Assembly: GCF_006345805.1 (NCBI RefSeq)
Contig: NC_042997.1
Span: 151,838,001 to 151,902,000, forward strand
Direction: 5' to 3'
DNA from: Octopus sinensis
Taxonomy: Eukaryota
Length of the DNA: 64,000 nucleotides
The notes beneath the pieces were generated by a model. It was not told where the DNA came from. It ran no database searches and was given only the letters and a program-made list of their open reading frames with translations. How positions within the stretch are numbered: position 1 is the first letter of the stretch; the number at the start of each line of letters is the position of its first letter. Positions 1-12,708 of this stretch are shown piece after piece. The position numbers and the translations under genes are program-made.

Positions 1-322
1 TTTTTATCAGGAGGAAACAAAAATGATGTACCAAGTGATTGTATACCTTTGATACAAGTCTGATGAAGTTCTCTAATGTCTAAAACTGCATATATTACGT
101 ACATTTTTGCGTAAACTGGCGTTGCAAATAGAATTGATACAGAAACAATTGTAACGTATCATTAGAGACGTGTTAAAAAATTTCCTTTCTCTTAACACTT
201 GCATGTATATACATGCGTATATATGCACACACATATTTTTTATGTATATATATATATATATATATATTTATATGTATGTGTGTGTGTGTATGCCCATATA
301 TATATGTAAATATATATGTATG

Positions 323-364
<42 letters not shown>

Positions 365-570
365 TATAGAGAGAGAGAAGAGAAAGAGAGAGAGATTTTA
401 TATATACTTTCGATTAGAGGTTGTGTTAATCTCGTGAAGGGATGGCATCATCCAATGAAATACTAGTTTAATAACCAGTAATTTCTTTAAAATAATAGGT
501 ATTTATATAAAAGCATATAGTTTATATTCGTATAAAACAAGGAAAAGTAAATGGCGATTGGGAAGTTAAT

Positions 571-927
571 AATTGCTTGTTACTAACAGCAAATTAATCA
601 TCTTCACTTAGAGCTGTTTCAATTACCACTCAGGAAATATTAAGTAAATATTAAATAAATATATTTTATCTGAGCATAATATCTCCAGAGGGAAAAAATA
701 TACACTTGGATGCTTTATATGTTTTTATGTGTTCATTATAGCAGTCTGCACTAATGAATCCATAAACACATATATAAAACATCCAGGGGTATATTTTTTT
801 CCCTCTGAAAGTATTATACTCAGGTGAAACACATATATATTTAATATTTACTTAATATTTACTGAGCATTAATTGGAACAGCTGTAAGTGAAGAGGATTA
901 ATTTACTGTTGGTAGTAAATAATAATT
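571..927. repeat. Long imperfect inverted repeat (foldback/MITE-like), ~170-bp arms, 13-bp loop
   Basis: Arm 571-738 (aattgcttgttactaacagcaaattaatc...gttcatta) matches the reverse complement of 752-927 at roughly 80-85% by eye; loop tagcagtctgcac. Confidence 0.8.
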
Positions 928-934
928 ATCTACC

Positions 935-1002
935 CAAGATTCCGAGTTCGAATCCAGGCAGTGACCTGAATAATAATAATAAAAATAATAATAATAATAA
1001 TG

Positions 1003-1042
<40 letters not shown>

Positions 1043-1193
1043 TGATGATGATGATAAGAAGAAGACCTTAAGAATGAGAACACAGGTTCGAAATTTCCCC
1101 AGGATACCTGCAGAAAGCTGGAGAGTAATATCAGTTAAAACGTGTTAACAACAAACAAGATGAGGACAAATATCGTCAAATGTAAATAATGTA
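935..1193 (+). mobile_element. Degenerate copy of hammerhead-bearing short repeat family alpha (PLE-associated/non-autonomous)
   Basis: Same layout as the minus-strand copy at 44870-45090: gtgacctgaa(taa)n...gagaa-caggttcgaaattt...ctg-aga-agctgga...tcag...aacaaacaagatgaggacaaatatcgtcaaatgtaaataatgta. The ribozyme core is eroded here. Confidence 0.65.
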
Positions 1194-1204
1194 TATATAT
1201 ATAT

Positions 1205-1382
1205 ATATATATATGTACCGGAGTAAGCACATAAATGTCAAACAAGGTGGAAAAAAGAGTACTCAAATACCAGAGGTAGAGTAATATACTTTATTTAAAA
1301 GCAGCAGAAATATACAAAACTTTCCGACGAACGGGAACGTGAAACTCCAAGTAACAGCTTTTGTTATATTTAAATAAAGTAT
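1205..1382 (+). mobile_element. Short repeat family beta with minimal hammerhead-like motif (1315-1365)
   Basis: ccgacga (1324-1330, U4C variant of CUGANGA), stem II acg-ggaa-cgt, gaaac (1341-1345), 3-bp stem III, gta cleavage triplet (1351-1353), stem I acaaaac/g-ttttgt. Enclosed by the inverted repeat tactttatttaaa/tttaaataaagta. Confidence 0.55.
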
Positions 1383-1389
1383 ATATATA

Positions 1390-1636
1390 TACTCTTTACT
1401 CTTTTACTCTTTTACTTGTTTCAGTCATTTGACTGCGGCCATGCTGAAGCACCGCCTTTAGTCGAGCAAATCGACCCCGGGACTTATACTATTGTAAGAC
1501 CAGTACTTATTCTATCGGTCTCTTTTGCCGAACCGCTAAGTGACGGGGACGTAAACACACCAGCATCAGTTGTCAAGCAATGCTACGGGGACAAACACAG
1601 ACGCACAAACAAATACACACACACACACACACACGC

Positions 1637-1684
<48 letters not shown>

Positions 1685-1832
1685 AACTGGCTTCTTTCAG
1701 TTTCTGTCTACCAAATCCACTCACAAGGCTTTGGTCGGCCCGAGGCTATAGCAGAAGACACTTGCCCAAGATGCTACGCAGTGGGACTGAACCCGGAACT
1801 ATGTGGTTGGTAAACAAGCTACTTACCACACA
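1390..1832 (-). mobile_element. tRNA-derived SINE family A (CORE-like ccttgggcaag segment)
   Basis: Reverse complement carries the B-box-like ggttcagtccc, the body ggccgaccaaagccttgtgagtggatttggtagac, an internal CA/TA microsatellite and a (aaaagagt)n tail. Matches the copies at 7586 and 8904. A deleted fragment follows at ~1836-1940. Confidence 0.85.
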
Positions 1833-2365
1833 TTGCTTCAGTAATTAGACTGCGGCCATGCTGGAGCACCGCCTTTAGTGGAAAAAATCGGCACCAGAAA
1901 GCATGTGGTTGGGAAGCCAGCTTCTTACCACAGCCACACACACTTATTTACATATGTGTGTACCCTCTCATCTGGAAAAAGATGTATCTCAATTTGAGAG
2001 AATTATTTAATTCTTAAAATTATTTTTATTCTTATTTGGAGTTGTCACTCACCACCATACCATCAAGCGATTTACCTATCTTCAATGGAATTGGATATAA
2101 TTTCAATAAATGAAGAATTTACCTTGAATGGTATTTAATATACCCTTATTCATCTGTATATACGCACAATACACATGCACATTTATTTACCAGTAAATAT
2201 ATCTTTATTGAACACTATTGAAATGCTTACCCTATGTGCACTGTTTTCCTGTTTCATCTTAGTAATCTTCTTTATTTACTGTCACTGCCTCGAAAAAGAA
2301 AATCGCTATTCATTACCATACGTATTATGATCAGTTTTAAGGAGCCTTCTGTGTTGTGGCTTTCG

Positions 2366-2417
<52 letters not shown>

Positions 2418-2738
2418 GAATGTATTCATAGAATTCGTAATGCACCAGATGAACGCCTTGCGTATTCACTATATGTTCAGTTTAAGTAAAATCCTGCCTT
2501 ACATTTGTCTGAGATCGATAAATTATACTACGACTACGTCGATTTTTTTACCTCGTATTAACTGTACTTACCGACTTTACGTGTGCATGCTAAGTGTAAC
2601 ATTATTTTATGTGTGTTAACTATATATATATATATATAATATATATGTATATATATATATATATATCTTTATATATATATATATTATATATATATATATA
2701 TAATATACATACATACATACATATATATAATCACATAA

Positions 2739-2788
<50 letters not shown>

Positions 2789-2829
2789 TATAATACACAC
2801 ATACATATATCTATATGCATGTATCTACA

Positions 2830-3700
2830 TGTATGCCCTACGATTTTAATAATGTATCTGCCTGCATATGTGTAATCATTCACAAAGCACCTGTAATTAC
2901 GGGTAATCTTTCTGTTTTCAGTCCCCACTGTCAGGTTAACACAATTTCCAGATTTTTAGATTTAGGTAGTTTTTGAATTTTTTATACAGAAACTTATTAT
3001 CTGCTATGACTAATACATCAATCACAATACACTTCCATTCTTGGATATCAATATCCGGTCGATTTGCCTTAATTTTCCTTTTCTGGGCGCCAATATCCGC
3101 TTGATTTACCTTATCATGGTCACTCTGTCATTCTTTGAGACCAATTTTATATATATGTGTATATAATTTTCTGTTAGTTGGTATTTAATAATGCTAGTAT
3201 GAATAATGATAGTGATTGAAGTGAATGCTTTAACATTTTCATGCTTGGACACGTAGTCATATTCACCTCTTTCAAGGTTGTGCAGCCAAACATAATATGT
3301 TTTTTAGTTACTTTACTACACGCAGTTAGTCATTGTACAGGGCACGGCGTCCAATCCCATTTTACTCGTTAATAAACGTTTCAACAGCAAAGGCATGGCG
3401 TACACCGGTTCAAACTATAACGAAACCTATCAAAATATAAACACAACCAAAACTTAAAATATGTAAATATGTGGGAGATGTTTTTGCTACACTCAATATT
3501 CTGCTTTATTTTATATGATTTTGAAAGCGTTGTTGTGAGATTGCATTCATCTTGTGTCATATTAAAACTAGATTTTGAGTGAGTTCTACGCTTCTCAGGC
3601 AAAGTATTAACCTTTTTCTTGTCATCGTCTCTTATGATATTCAGCTGAATATAGTGTATAATATCAACGTTAAAGGCGTGAAATTGCAATGATATTTTGA
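2830..3700 (-). mobile_element. Degraded 3' region of an RLE-type non-LTR retrotransposon (R4/NeSL-like)
   Basis: Minus-strand translation with frameshifts gives KANRPDIDIQEWKCIVIDV..ADN and QWGLKTERLPVITGAL (PD-(D/E)xK restriction-like endonuclease region). Upstream is KHIMFGCTTL...EY (remnant of the CCHC finger). Confidence 0.55.
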
Positions 3701-3920
3701 ACGATGCCTGATGAGGAATAAGCTACGAATTTTCTATTTGTTATGTTTTTGCAAAAGTTTCTATTTGTGCTTTTGTTAAATTTTATAACATACATACATA
3801 CATGTATGTATACTTATATATATATGTATACAAATATATATTCACATATGTATGTGCGTGTGTGTGTTTGTGAGTGTGTATGTGTGTGTGAGTGCTTCTA
3901 TGTATCTATGCGTGTGTGTT

Positions 3921-4070
3921 ATGTATGTATGTATGTATGTATGTATGTATGTATGTATGTATGTATGTGTGTATGTATGTATGTATGTATGTGTGTATGT
4001 ATGTATGTATGTATGTATGTATGCATGTATGTATGTATGTATGTATGTATGTATGTATGTATGTATGCAT
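3921..4070. repeat. (TATG)n microsatellite
   Basis: Direct reading; it generates the MYVC ORFs in the track. Confidence 0.95.
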
Positions 4071-4139
4071 GCACACCTTAGCTTCTATTGTTTCTCAGTT
4101 TTCCTCGTAGCTATCTGGTAGATCAACTTCTGTTTATAT

Positions 4140-5050
4140 TTGATAAATTGCGTCTGTCGTAAAAAGTGTTTTGTCTTTTTGTTTTGCGGTGGATTCTCTT
4201 TTATTAAATACTTTTTTTTAGTCATCTTACAACAGATAAGTTTCTAGTCAGAAGTTCCCAACCTACCTGACTTAGAGATGATACAATCTTTCTTTGTCGA
4301 AGTTTTCGTGGTGTATTCCAAATTTAGTTATTATAATTCGTGTCTAGTTTCGCTAATTCACATAGCTTTCACTTTACAATAATATAACTATAAATTATTA
4401 CTGGAACAGCTAGAACATCGACGCCTAATGGCCTATTATTTTGACATTTAGCTCTGTTTTAAGTATTAATCTAATGAGTAGAGTCTGGAATAGTCATTCC
4501 TAACCTTTAATTTCTTGTGTGAGTGTGCATGCGTGTTTCTATATGTGCGTACCTTTTGAGTGTGTGTGAGTGTGTAATGTGTTGTCACTATTTCATTATT
4601 TTTCTAAGTATTGTAAGTCTGTCGTTGGTGTAATTTTCATTATCTCTTTTTCTTTATCTAACATGACATTATTGTTCTCAATTAATTCCCCTTTTCCAAG
4701 GTTGTCTTAGCTCTCATATTTCTAAACTGAATTGCGTATAATTTCCTCTGTTAAATTTGTGTGCTGTCTGAAACTGTGTTTTCAGTTGTTTATCACCTGA
4801 AGCATACAACTTGAGGACATCCATAAAGAAGCTATGATTAATTGTCCACGCAGACATTATGCATAGGAGTCCTTCAATGGTAGGTTGTGTTCTTCTAGTT
4901 TTGCTTCTGTTGATCAGATATTCTAATGTCCCGATATAATTTTTTTTTTAATTTCTTTGTTTTACATGTGATCCGTCAATTTTTGCTTAGTTGACTGAAT
5001 AGTATTAATGCATAATGACGTTTTCTTCATTATGGCGAATATAATCTTTT
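4140..5050 (-). mobile_element. Scrambled Penelope-like element ORF remnants
   Basis: Minus strand contains tat atc ggg aca (YIG-T, ~4927-4938), preceded by an N-V-I-(Y)-A-L-like segment (~4990-5020), consistent with a GIY-YIG remnant. Many stops and frameshifts. Confidence 0.35.
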
Positions 5051-5127
5051 ATTCTTCATAAGTTTCAGCCTAAAATCTGTGGCCATGCTGGATATATATA
5101 CATACATTGAATATAATATAATATATA

Positions 5128-5160
<33 letters not shown>

Positions 5161-5250
5161 CTGAATACTTGGTGAAATGATTAATGATTAATTAATTTTT
5201 ACCCTCAATTGTTGAAATTATATATATATATATAATATATATATATATAT

Positions 5251-5289
<39 letters not shown>

Positions 5290-7076
5290 GAGTGAGCGAG
5301 AGAAACAGAAAGTAATTAGGTCAAAATAGTTATAGCCGGTCTATGGGGATTACCCAAGGCCTTCACTATCTTGATCTAATTACTCTATTACTGTATAACT
5401 TAGAGTGTGCTTCTCTTTTGGATTTATGATTTATTGATGTTATGTGTGTGTATGCGTCTGTGCGTGTGCGTGTGTGTGTGTGATTGTGTGTGTATGTATT
5501 TATGTATGTATTATTACTGCATACCTATCTTTATGAGTGTGTGAGTGTGTGCGCACGTGCATGCGTATAACACTTTTCAAATATCTATTTAATGAAGATA
5601 TTGTTTTTTAGCGAAAGAAACATGCCTCTAATACGTACGGTTATCAATATGGGAGAAGGTTTGAATACACTGGGTTCTTATTGAAAATCGTTTCGGAAAT
5701 ACCGAAGAGATGACCTGCACATGCTAGCAGACTACCAGCACATTTATGTTTTCAAGCTTACGTTGCCAACTCGGTAAAGGGCCAGCATTCATTTAAAATA
5801 ATTTTTCTACGCTCCACAGAACAATTAGATTTTGGACCACTGTTGTAATTCGCGAGATGTAATTTGTTTTTGTGACGGTATTTTTAGATTATCTCCGACT
5901 TTTGTATGATACCATGATTTGTCTGTAATAGATGCTACCTCTGTTTAATGTATAGTTTGTATTGTCTTGCAGAATCTGTGTTGGAATTGGTGAAAGCAAA
6001 CAGTTGATGATGAAATCGTCAAGTGAAAATACTTTCAAGCACATTACGAATTTTGAGCAGAATATGATATACTTCTCTGAGACTGTTTGAAGGAAGACGT
6101 ATGATTGTGAAAGTAATTTTTAAAGCTAACGTCAGCCGTAAAAATTAAAAAGTTATTTCCATTTAAACCGCCAACGATGTCGTCAAAGTGCTGTCAGGAA
6201 ATGATAATTTTAAATTAGGTATTAAATGATTATTGGATTAAATGCCGTGAATTTGTTTTCTTAATGGAAAAGCAAAATTAATGAAAATGTTTGTGAGTGA
6301 ATGTATATATACGTTTATTGGCTTGTTAATTAACGGAACTCATCGCAACTTTGGTTTTATTTACAGTAAGTTATTTATATATTCATGCGACTTCTATCAC
6401 TGGCCTTTCTTCTTTTTTCTCTTTCCTCCTTTCTCTCTTTCTCTCTCTCTCTCTTTCTCCTCCACCCCCCTGTGTCTCCCTCTACTTGTTAGGAACACGT
6501 GACCCATGGTCCGTCCTAATTTTCCTTCTCTCTTTCTCCTTTCCTTTTTTACGCCAGCTGTTGAAGCAGTCGGTCTTAATTTCTCTAGTCTCCACTTGAA
6601 CCTGTTTCGTTTTCTGTTGCCATTCTGTTTCCAATCCTTTAAAATTTTTTCCTTTTAGCGTTATCCATACTTTGTCTTCATCTAGCCCTAAGGCTACATT
6701 CTGTTGGTTTATTTATTTCGTTGTTGTCCCTCGTCCGTCTATTAACAGTCTCGATTTGACTTGCATTTATTCATTTTTGCGTGTCCACTTCTGCATTGTT
6801 TGTTTTTTGTTTGTCTGCTCTCGATCCCATTTTCCCGGCAGCTCTTGCCTGTGCCACCAGAAGGAAATCAATATTGTCGTTAAAGTCACACAATTGCGTT
6901 TGACTCTGGCCGATAAGTAATGAGGAGTTGGGGACTTGCGTGTCTGTTTTCCGTTCGACTGCTATATATCTTTTTTAACTTGCCATTCTGTGTGTTTCTC
7001 GTTTGTTCTTTAACTATAAGATTTTAACTTAAATTTATGTGTGCATATGTAAGTGTGTGTGTGCCTGCGCGTGTGT

Positions 7077-7243
7077 AGGTAGGTAGGAAGGTTGGTAGAT
7101 AGTTACGTAGGTAGGTAGGTAGTAGGTAATTAGGTAGGTAGGTAGGTAGGTAGGTAGGTTGGTAGCTAGGTAGCTAGGAAGATAGGTAGGTAGGTAGGTA
7201 GGTAGGTAGGTAGGTGGTAGGTAGGTAGGCAGGTAGGTAGTTA
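7077..7243. repeat. (TAGG)n microsatellite
   Basis: Direct reading. Confidence 0.9.
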
Positions 7244-7248
7244 GGGAA

Positions 7249-7280
<32 letters not shown>

Positions 7281-7585
7281 GTTTACTCTTAATTGTAATC
7301 GAAATTTTAATTATCTCTGCGTTCTTATAAATTTTATATAATTACAAGGTGCGTAAGATAGATGTAAACTTCTCTCTCATATCTATATCTTTCTGTTTAT
7401 CCAGCTATCCATCTTTCTGCACCCTCTAAAATTTCGCGCTATATATATGGGGGGGGGGGTTCTGTGTTTGCGTTTGTGTACTCACGCGTCAGTGTCTGTA
7501 TATATTTTATTTATAACTAAACATTGATCTTATAAACAAAACTTTTATTAAAATTCAACTATTATATACATACATACATAAATAC

Positions 7586-7970
7586 AGGCGCAGGAGTGGT
7601 TGTGTGGTAAGTAGCTTGTTTACGAACCACATGGTTCCGGGTTCACTCCCACCGCGTGGCACCTTGGGCAAGTGTCTTCTACTATAGCCTCGGGCCGACC
7701 AAAGCCTTGTTAGTAGATTTGGTAGACAGAAGCTATGTATATCTATGTATATGTGTGTACGTGTTTGTGTGTCTGTGTTTGCCCCCCGCCCAATAAAGCT
7801 TGACAACCGATGCTGGTGTGTTTGCGTCACCGTAACGTAGCGGTTCGGCAAAAGAGACCGATCGAATAAGTACTAGGCTTACAAACAATAAGTCCGGGGG
7901 TCGATTGCTCGACTAAAGGAGGTGCTCCAGCATGGCCACAGTCAAATGACTGAAACAAGTAAAAGAGTAA
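7586..7970 (+). mobile_element. SINE family A, near full length
   Basis: aggcgcaggagtggttgtgtgg (A-box-like) ... ggttcactccc (B-box-like) ... gcaccttgggcaagtgtcttct ... tail gaaacaagtaaaagagtaa. Confidence 0.9.
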
Positions 7971-8067
7971 TATGACCTGTTATTATTTAGTTTAATTTCA
8001 TGAGAATTATGTAACTTGTTTCTTCAAACCAATGCCCTTATTTTATTTTTCTAAATCTTTCTCTTTT

Positions 8068-8330
8068 TCATCATCATCATCATCATCGTTTAACGTCCGT
8101 TCTCCATGCTAGCATGGGTTGGACGGTTCGACCGGGGATCTGGGAAGCCAGAAGGCTGCACCAGGCTCCAGTCTCAGTGTTCCCTGCCCAGAAAATCTTG
8201 TACCTGTGTTCCTTGCCTGTGAGGAGCCTAGCGGAACCTCCTATCCACCTTACTTCCTGGATGCAGCATAAATCCACACGTCTCCGTTCAAGCAGCTCTA
8301 CAATCTCTAGCAGCTCTATTATTTGTTGCG
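8068..8330 (-). mobile_element. Internally deleted RTE LINE: APE N-terminus joined to the 3' tail
   Basis: Minus translation LEIVELLERRRVDLCCIQEVRWIGGSARLLTGKEHRYKIFWAGN (RTE-type APE start) abuts the tail ...ccatgctagcatggagaacggacgttaaacga(tga)n at ~8175. Confidence 0.75.
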
Positions 8331-8408
8331 ACTTTCCATTCCCTCAGTTAATAACGTTACTTATAATATAATGTGTGTGTCTGTGTATGTATGTGCGTGT
8401 GTGTGTGT

Positions 8409-8440
<32 letters not shown>

Positions 8441-8832
8441 GTGTGTGTGTGTGTGTGTTTAGTGGCAAACGTAAACAAAGCTTCTTTTAGATAGCAGGAC
8501 CTGAAGATTTAGTTCAGAGGTGTTTCGGGAATGTGTGTTCTGAATAATCAAAACACACTGAACTCAGATAAACGTACCCAATGATTCATTATTTGGTACT
8601 AAATCTCCTGAATGGATAGCGTCGGATGTACAAACTTGTGAAGTGTTTCCTCACTGTTTCTTTGTCAGTTTTACTCACAAATCATGCATCAGTCTTATGA
8701 TATATTAGAGTGCACAAGCGAAAGCTGGCACGCAGCGGAAACGAAACTGGAATCCCAGTGCGCAAAGCCAGCAACTAAATAGTCGAACTTGTCTGAAATA
8801 TACATACATACATACATACATACATACATACA

Positions 8833-8865
<33 letters not shown>

Positions 8866-8903
8866 GCCTGCATGCATGTATACATAAATACATACATACA
8901 TAC

Positions 8904-9066
8904 AGGCGCAAGAGAGGCTGAGTGGTAGGTAGCTTGCTTATCAGCCACATATTTCTGGGTTCAATCCCACTGCGTGACACTTGGAGTAAGTGTTTTCTGC
9001 TATAGCCTCGGGCCGACCAAAGCCTTCTGAGTGGAGTTGTTAGACGGAAACTGGAAGACGCCTGTC

Positions 9067-9100
<34 letters not shown>

Positions 9101-9325
9101 AAGTGTGTGTGTGTGTGTGTATGTGTGTGTGTTTGTGTGTGCTTTTCCCTCCACCATCGCTTGACATCCGATGCTTGTGTGTTTTGCCCCCGTAACTTAG
9201 CGGTTCGGCAAAAGTAACTGATAGAATAAGTAATAAGCTTACAAAGAATAAGTCCTGGGGTCAATCTGTTCGACTAAATGCGGTGTTCCAGCATGGCAGC
9301 CGTCAAATGACTGAAACAGATAAAA
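8904..9325 (+). mobile_element. SINE family A
   Basis: Same head, body and tail as 7586-7970, with an internal (TG)n tract. Confidence 0.88.
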
Positions 9326-9356
9326 GAATAATAGAAAAGAATACATACACACAGAT

Positions 9357-9358
<2 letters not shown>

Positions 9359-9426
<68 letters not shown>

Positions 9427-9487
9427 CATGAAGAAAGAGAGACTGACAGATTGTCAGATAGATAGACAGATGTATAGATAGAAAGAT

Positions 9488-9556
<69 letters not shown>

Positions 9557-9617
9557 TTAGATAGACAGATAGATAGATAGATAGATAGGTAGGTAGGTAG
9601 GTAGGTAGGTAGGTAGG

Positions 9618-9703
<86 letters not shown>
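9359..9703. repeat. Compound microsatellite (TG)n-(GATA)n-(GGTA)n-(GATA)n-(GA)n
   Basis: Direct reading. Confidence 0.95.
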
Positions 9704-9706
<3 letters not shown>

Positions 9707-10750
9707 TAGGACAAAGAGACATTCAGAAATCTTGTAAAGTTAACCAAGTGCATATTGACATATTTAGAGAGAAAAATATAGCATTCTGTTTATTTTTGAT
9801 ATTGGTGGGATTGGGGCAATTGCTTTGTTTCAATGAATGTGCTTAAGTGCTTTAACAGAGCAAAATGGCCACGAATACGTTTTCAAAAGAATCTATTCAA
9901 TGCGAGAAACTTGATTTGGAATTCAGTATTGAATTCAGATAATCAAATGTATTTTTTTCTTCTATTTTTCATCACATCCATTCTATCATCTCTACTCTGT
10001 ACTTCTTGTTTGTTTTCACTCACCCTATCTCTTTATTTTCCTTGCAATCTACTTCTCTCCCTTTCTATCTCTATCTCTCTCCCTCATGTTCACTCTTTCA
10101 TATTCGCTCTTTGTTTTCTGCTACTTGTGTCATCATTATGTGTCCGTATGTATATATACATGGCCACACACACACACAAACACACACAGACACACACACA
10201 CACACAAACGCTGCATACTTGAACACATGTATCTATATGTATATGTAAATATATACTAATATATGCAAATATATATATCCAGCTATGTCTATAAACTCAC
10301 ACTTACACATACGTGTATACATATGTATGTGTGTGTATGTGTTTCTGTATTTTTCTGTATTCTTGTATGTATGTGCGTGCGTGTCTTTGTTTGTATATGT
10401 GTTAGTATACGTGAGAGTAAATCGGTTTCAGGTCGGACTGTTTATCTGGTCTTCAAACGCTCTATCGACCTCTTTGGTGTACATATAATCCGTGTTGGAA
10501 TCTTATAATTTAAGGTTACAAATATCGAATCAGCCAGTGAGTGTCTTTCACTGAATGTTGATTACAAGGCAATTCGCCTTCAGAGACAACAAATATGTAT
10601 ACATTAGAATGTTTAATCATTCATGCAGACAAACACATACGTGCGTATACAATTTACTCTTACACACAAGTATATTTCTAAGTGTGTGTGTGTACATATG
10701 TATACATATATACATGTATGATATATATATATATATATATCTATATATAT

Positions 10751-10804
<54 letters not shown>

Positions 10805-11299
10805 CGCGTGTGTGTTTGTGTGTGTGTGTCTGTGTCTGTGCATGTATGTACCTATACGTTTCGTCTCATAAATATATATACATTATGGGCTATCTTGTCA
10901 TATGTAGCACACTTCATTTATTTAACATGATCAAATGTTCGTATTGCACATTAGTTTACACGTTACCTCAAATCGACATAGGAGGACAACAAACGTTAAA
11001 GCAAGGCAAACATCTCAAGTCATATACATTATTATTATTGGAAAAAATTCAAAGTCTTACAGCAGTTTCTGAGATAACCCAGAATATGGGATATCTATTA
11101 CAGAACTTACCTAGCGTATTTACTCGTTTAGATCACCTGTGAATCAAACACCCCTATTTTGTATATATATGTATGTATATATATATGTATAATTCGCGTA
11201 AGCGAGCATGTTCATACTTACACATGTGCGCCTGCACACCCACTTACTTTTACTCCCACCCCTCACTTAGGGGCCATTCAAATAGCTCTTTTGTCTTAA

Positions 11300-11530
11300 T
11301 AACGGTCAATCACACAGAAATTTCCCTTTGCATAACGGTCATTTTTCATAGCATTTTTCCGATGGCCAGATAACTGAAGAGATGGCGGCGTGGACTTCCA
11401 CCTCGGCATCCGGAACTCGGAGTTTTATCATGGCTACCACATAATTGTCACATATAACATTTACAGATAAATTCCTCTATTTACATAATATTGAAGTCTC
11501 TTTCATTTGTTGTCTTACCATTTTTATCAA
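11300..11530 (+). mobile_element. Short repeat family delta with minimal hammerhead-like motif (11369-11429)
   Basis: Stem I gataa/ttatc, core ctgaaga (11374-11380), stem II gatg...catc, cggaac (GAAA altered), palindromic stem III actc-g-gagt, gtt triplet 11422-11424. Element boundaries are approximate. Confidence 0.5.
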
Positions 11531-11542
11531 TATATATATATA

Positions 11543-11760
11543 TACTCTTTTGCTTGTTTCAGTCGTTTGACAGCGGCCATGGTGGAGCACCGACTTTAGT
11601 CGAACAAATCAACCCCAGGAAGTATTCTTTGTAAGCTTGGTACTTATTCTATCGGATCTCTTTTGCCAAACCACTAAGTTACGGGGACGTAAACACACCA
11701 ACGTCGGTTGTCAAGCGATAGTGAGTGGACAAACACAGACACACAACATACACACTCACA
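11543..11760 (-). mobile_element. SINE family A, 3' half
   Basis: tactcttttgcttgtttcagtcg...gcggccatggtggagcaccg...cttattctatcgg...aaacacacca matches 1390-1600. Confidence 0.85.
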
Positions 11761-11947
11761 CACGTGTGTGTATGTATCTGTATATATATATATATATATA
11801 TACTATATATATATATAATATATATATATAATTTCAGCAAAACAATTAAGATTCAAATGAATTCAAATGAATTCAAATGAATATGGTACCTAACTTAGAT
11901 GCACCAGAATTCTTTATGGTATTAACCATAAAATTATGTGGGGTGAT

Positions 11948-12440
11948 TATAACCAAGAAAAAAGCAACAAGAATGGATCAGTAGTTTAGTACAATTGTTT
12001 CATACTAAGAACATTTTATTTAAAGCTGCAAATATTACAGCAAATATAATGTCAAGTATTCATCAGCTAAATCACATATATGTTTTCCAAAAATCCTAGA
12101 GGGCGTAAATATCCTTATGAAGTAATAGGAGTGAGTTCTATGAATTTGAAGTAAGATTATCAGCAGACTTTATATGTTTTCCAAACAATGCACAGTTTTT
12201 TAAAAAAGTTTTTAAAATGATTATTAACTTCTCAGAGAAGGTAAATGCATCCATAAAGATGCAGATATAAGTTAATAAGGATATTTAGACTCTCTAGGAT
12301 GTTTAGAAAACATATATGTGATTTAGCTTATGAATACTTGACATTATATTTGCTGTAATATTTGCAGCTTTAAATAAAATGTTCTTAGTATGAAACAATT
12401 GTACTAAACTATTGATCCATTCTTGTTGCTTTTTTCTTGG

Positions 12441-12445
<5 letters not shown>
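11948..12445. repeat. Long inverted repeat, 170-bp arms (~95% identical), ~158-bp spacer
   Basis: 11948-12117 (tataaccaagaaaaaagcaacaagaatggatc...aatatcctta) is the near-perfect reverse complement of 12276-12445. Confidence 0.92.
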
Positions 12446-12483
<38 letters not shown>

Positions 12484-12523
12484 AATATATATATACATAA
12501 ATATATACATACATACATACATG

Positions 12524-12566
<43 letters not shown>

Positions 12567-12626
12567 CTATATTTGTTCCACGTCCTCACGTTGTTGTGTT
12601 TTCTCTTTGTGTTTTCATGTTTGGAT

Positions 12627-12708
<82 letters not shown>

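Noticed and set aside
58-90. Isolated ctgatga motifs (also ~3708 and ~28169)
   Set aside because: No properly placed stem II-GAAA-NUH; the 7-mer is expected by chance.
6590-6930. Minus-strand frame NIDFLLVAQARAAGKMGSRAD, reminiscent of transposon-derived ORFs
   Set aside because: Single short motif with multiple stops; cannot be assigned without a search.
11111-11136. Minus-strand 26-nt segment with good acceptor and perfect AG|GTAAGT donor
   Set aside because: Stops in all three frames; at most a non-coding exon and unsupported without RNA data.
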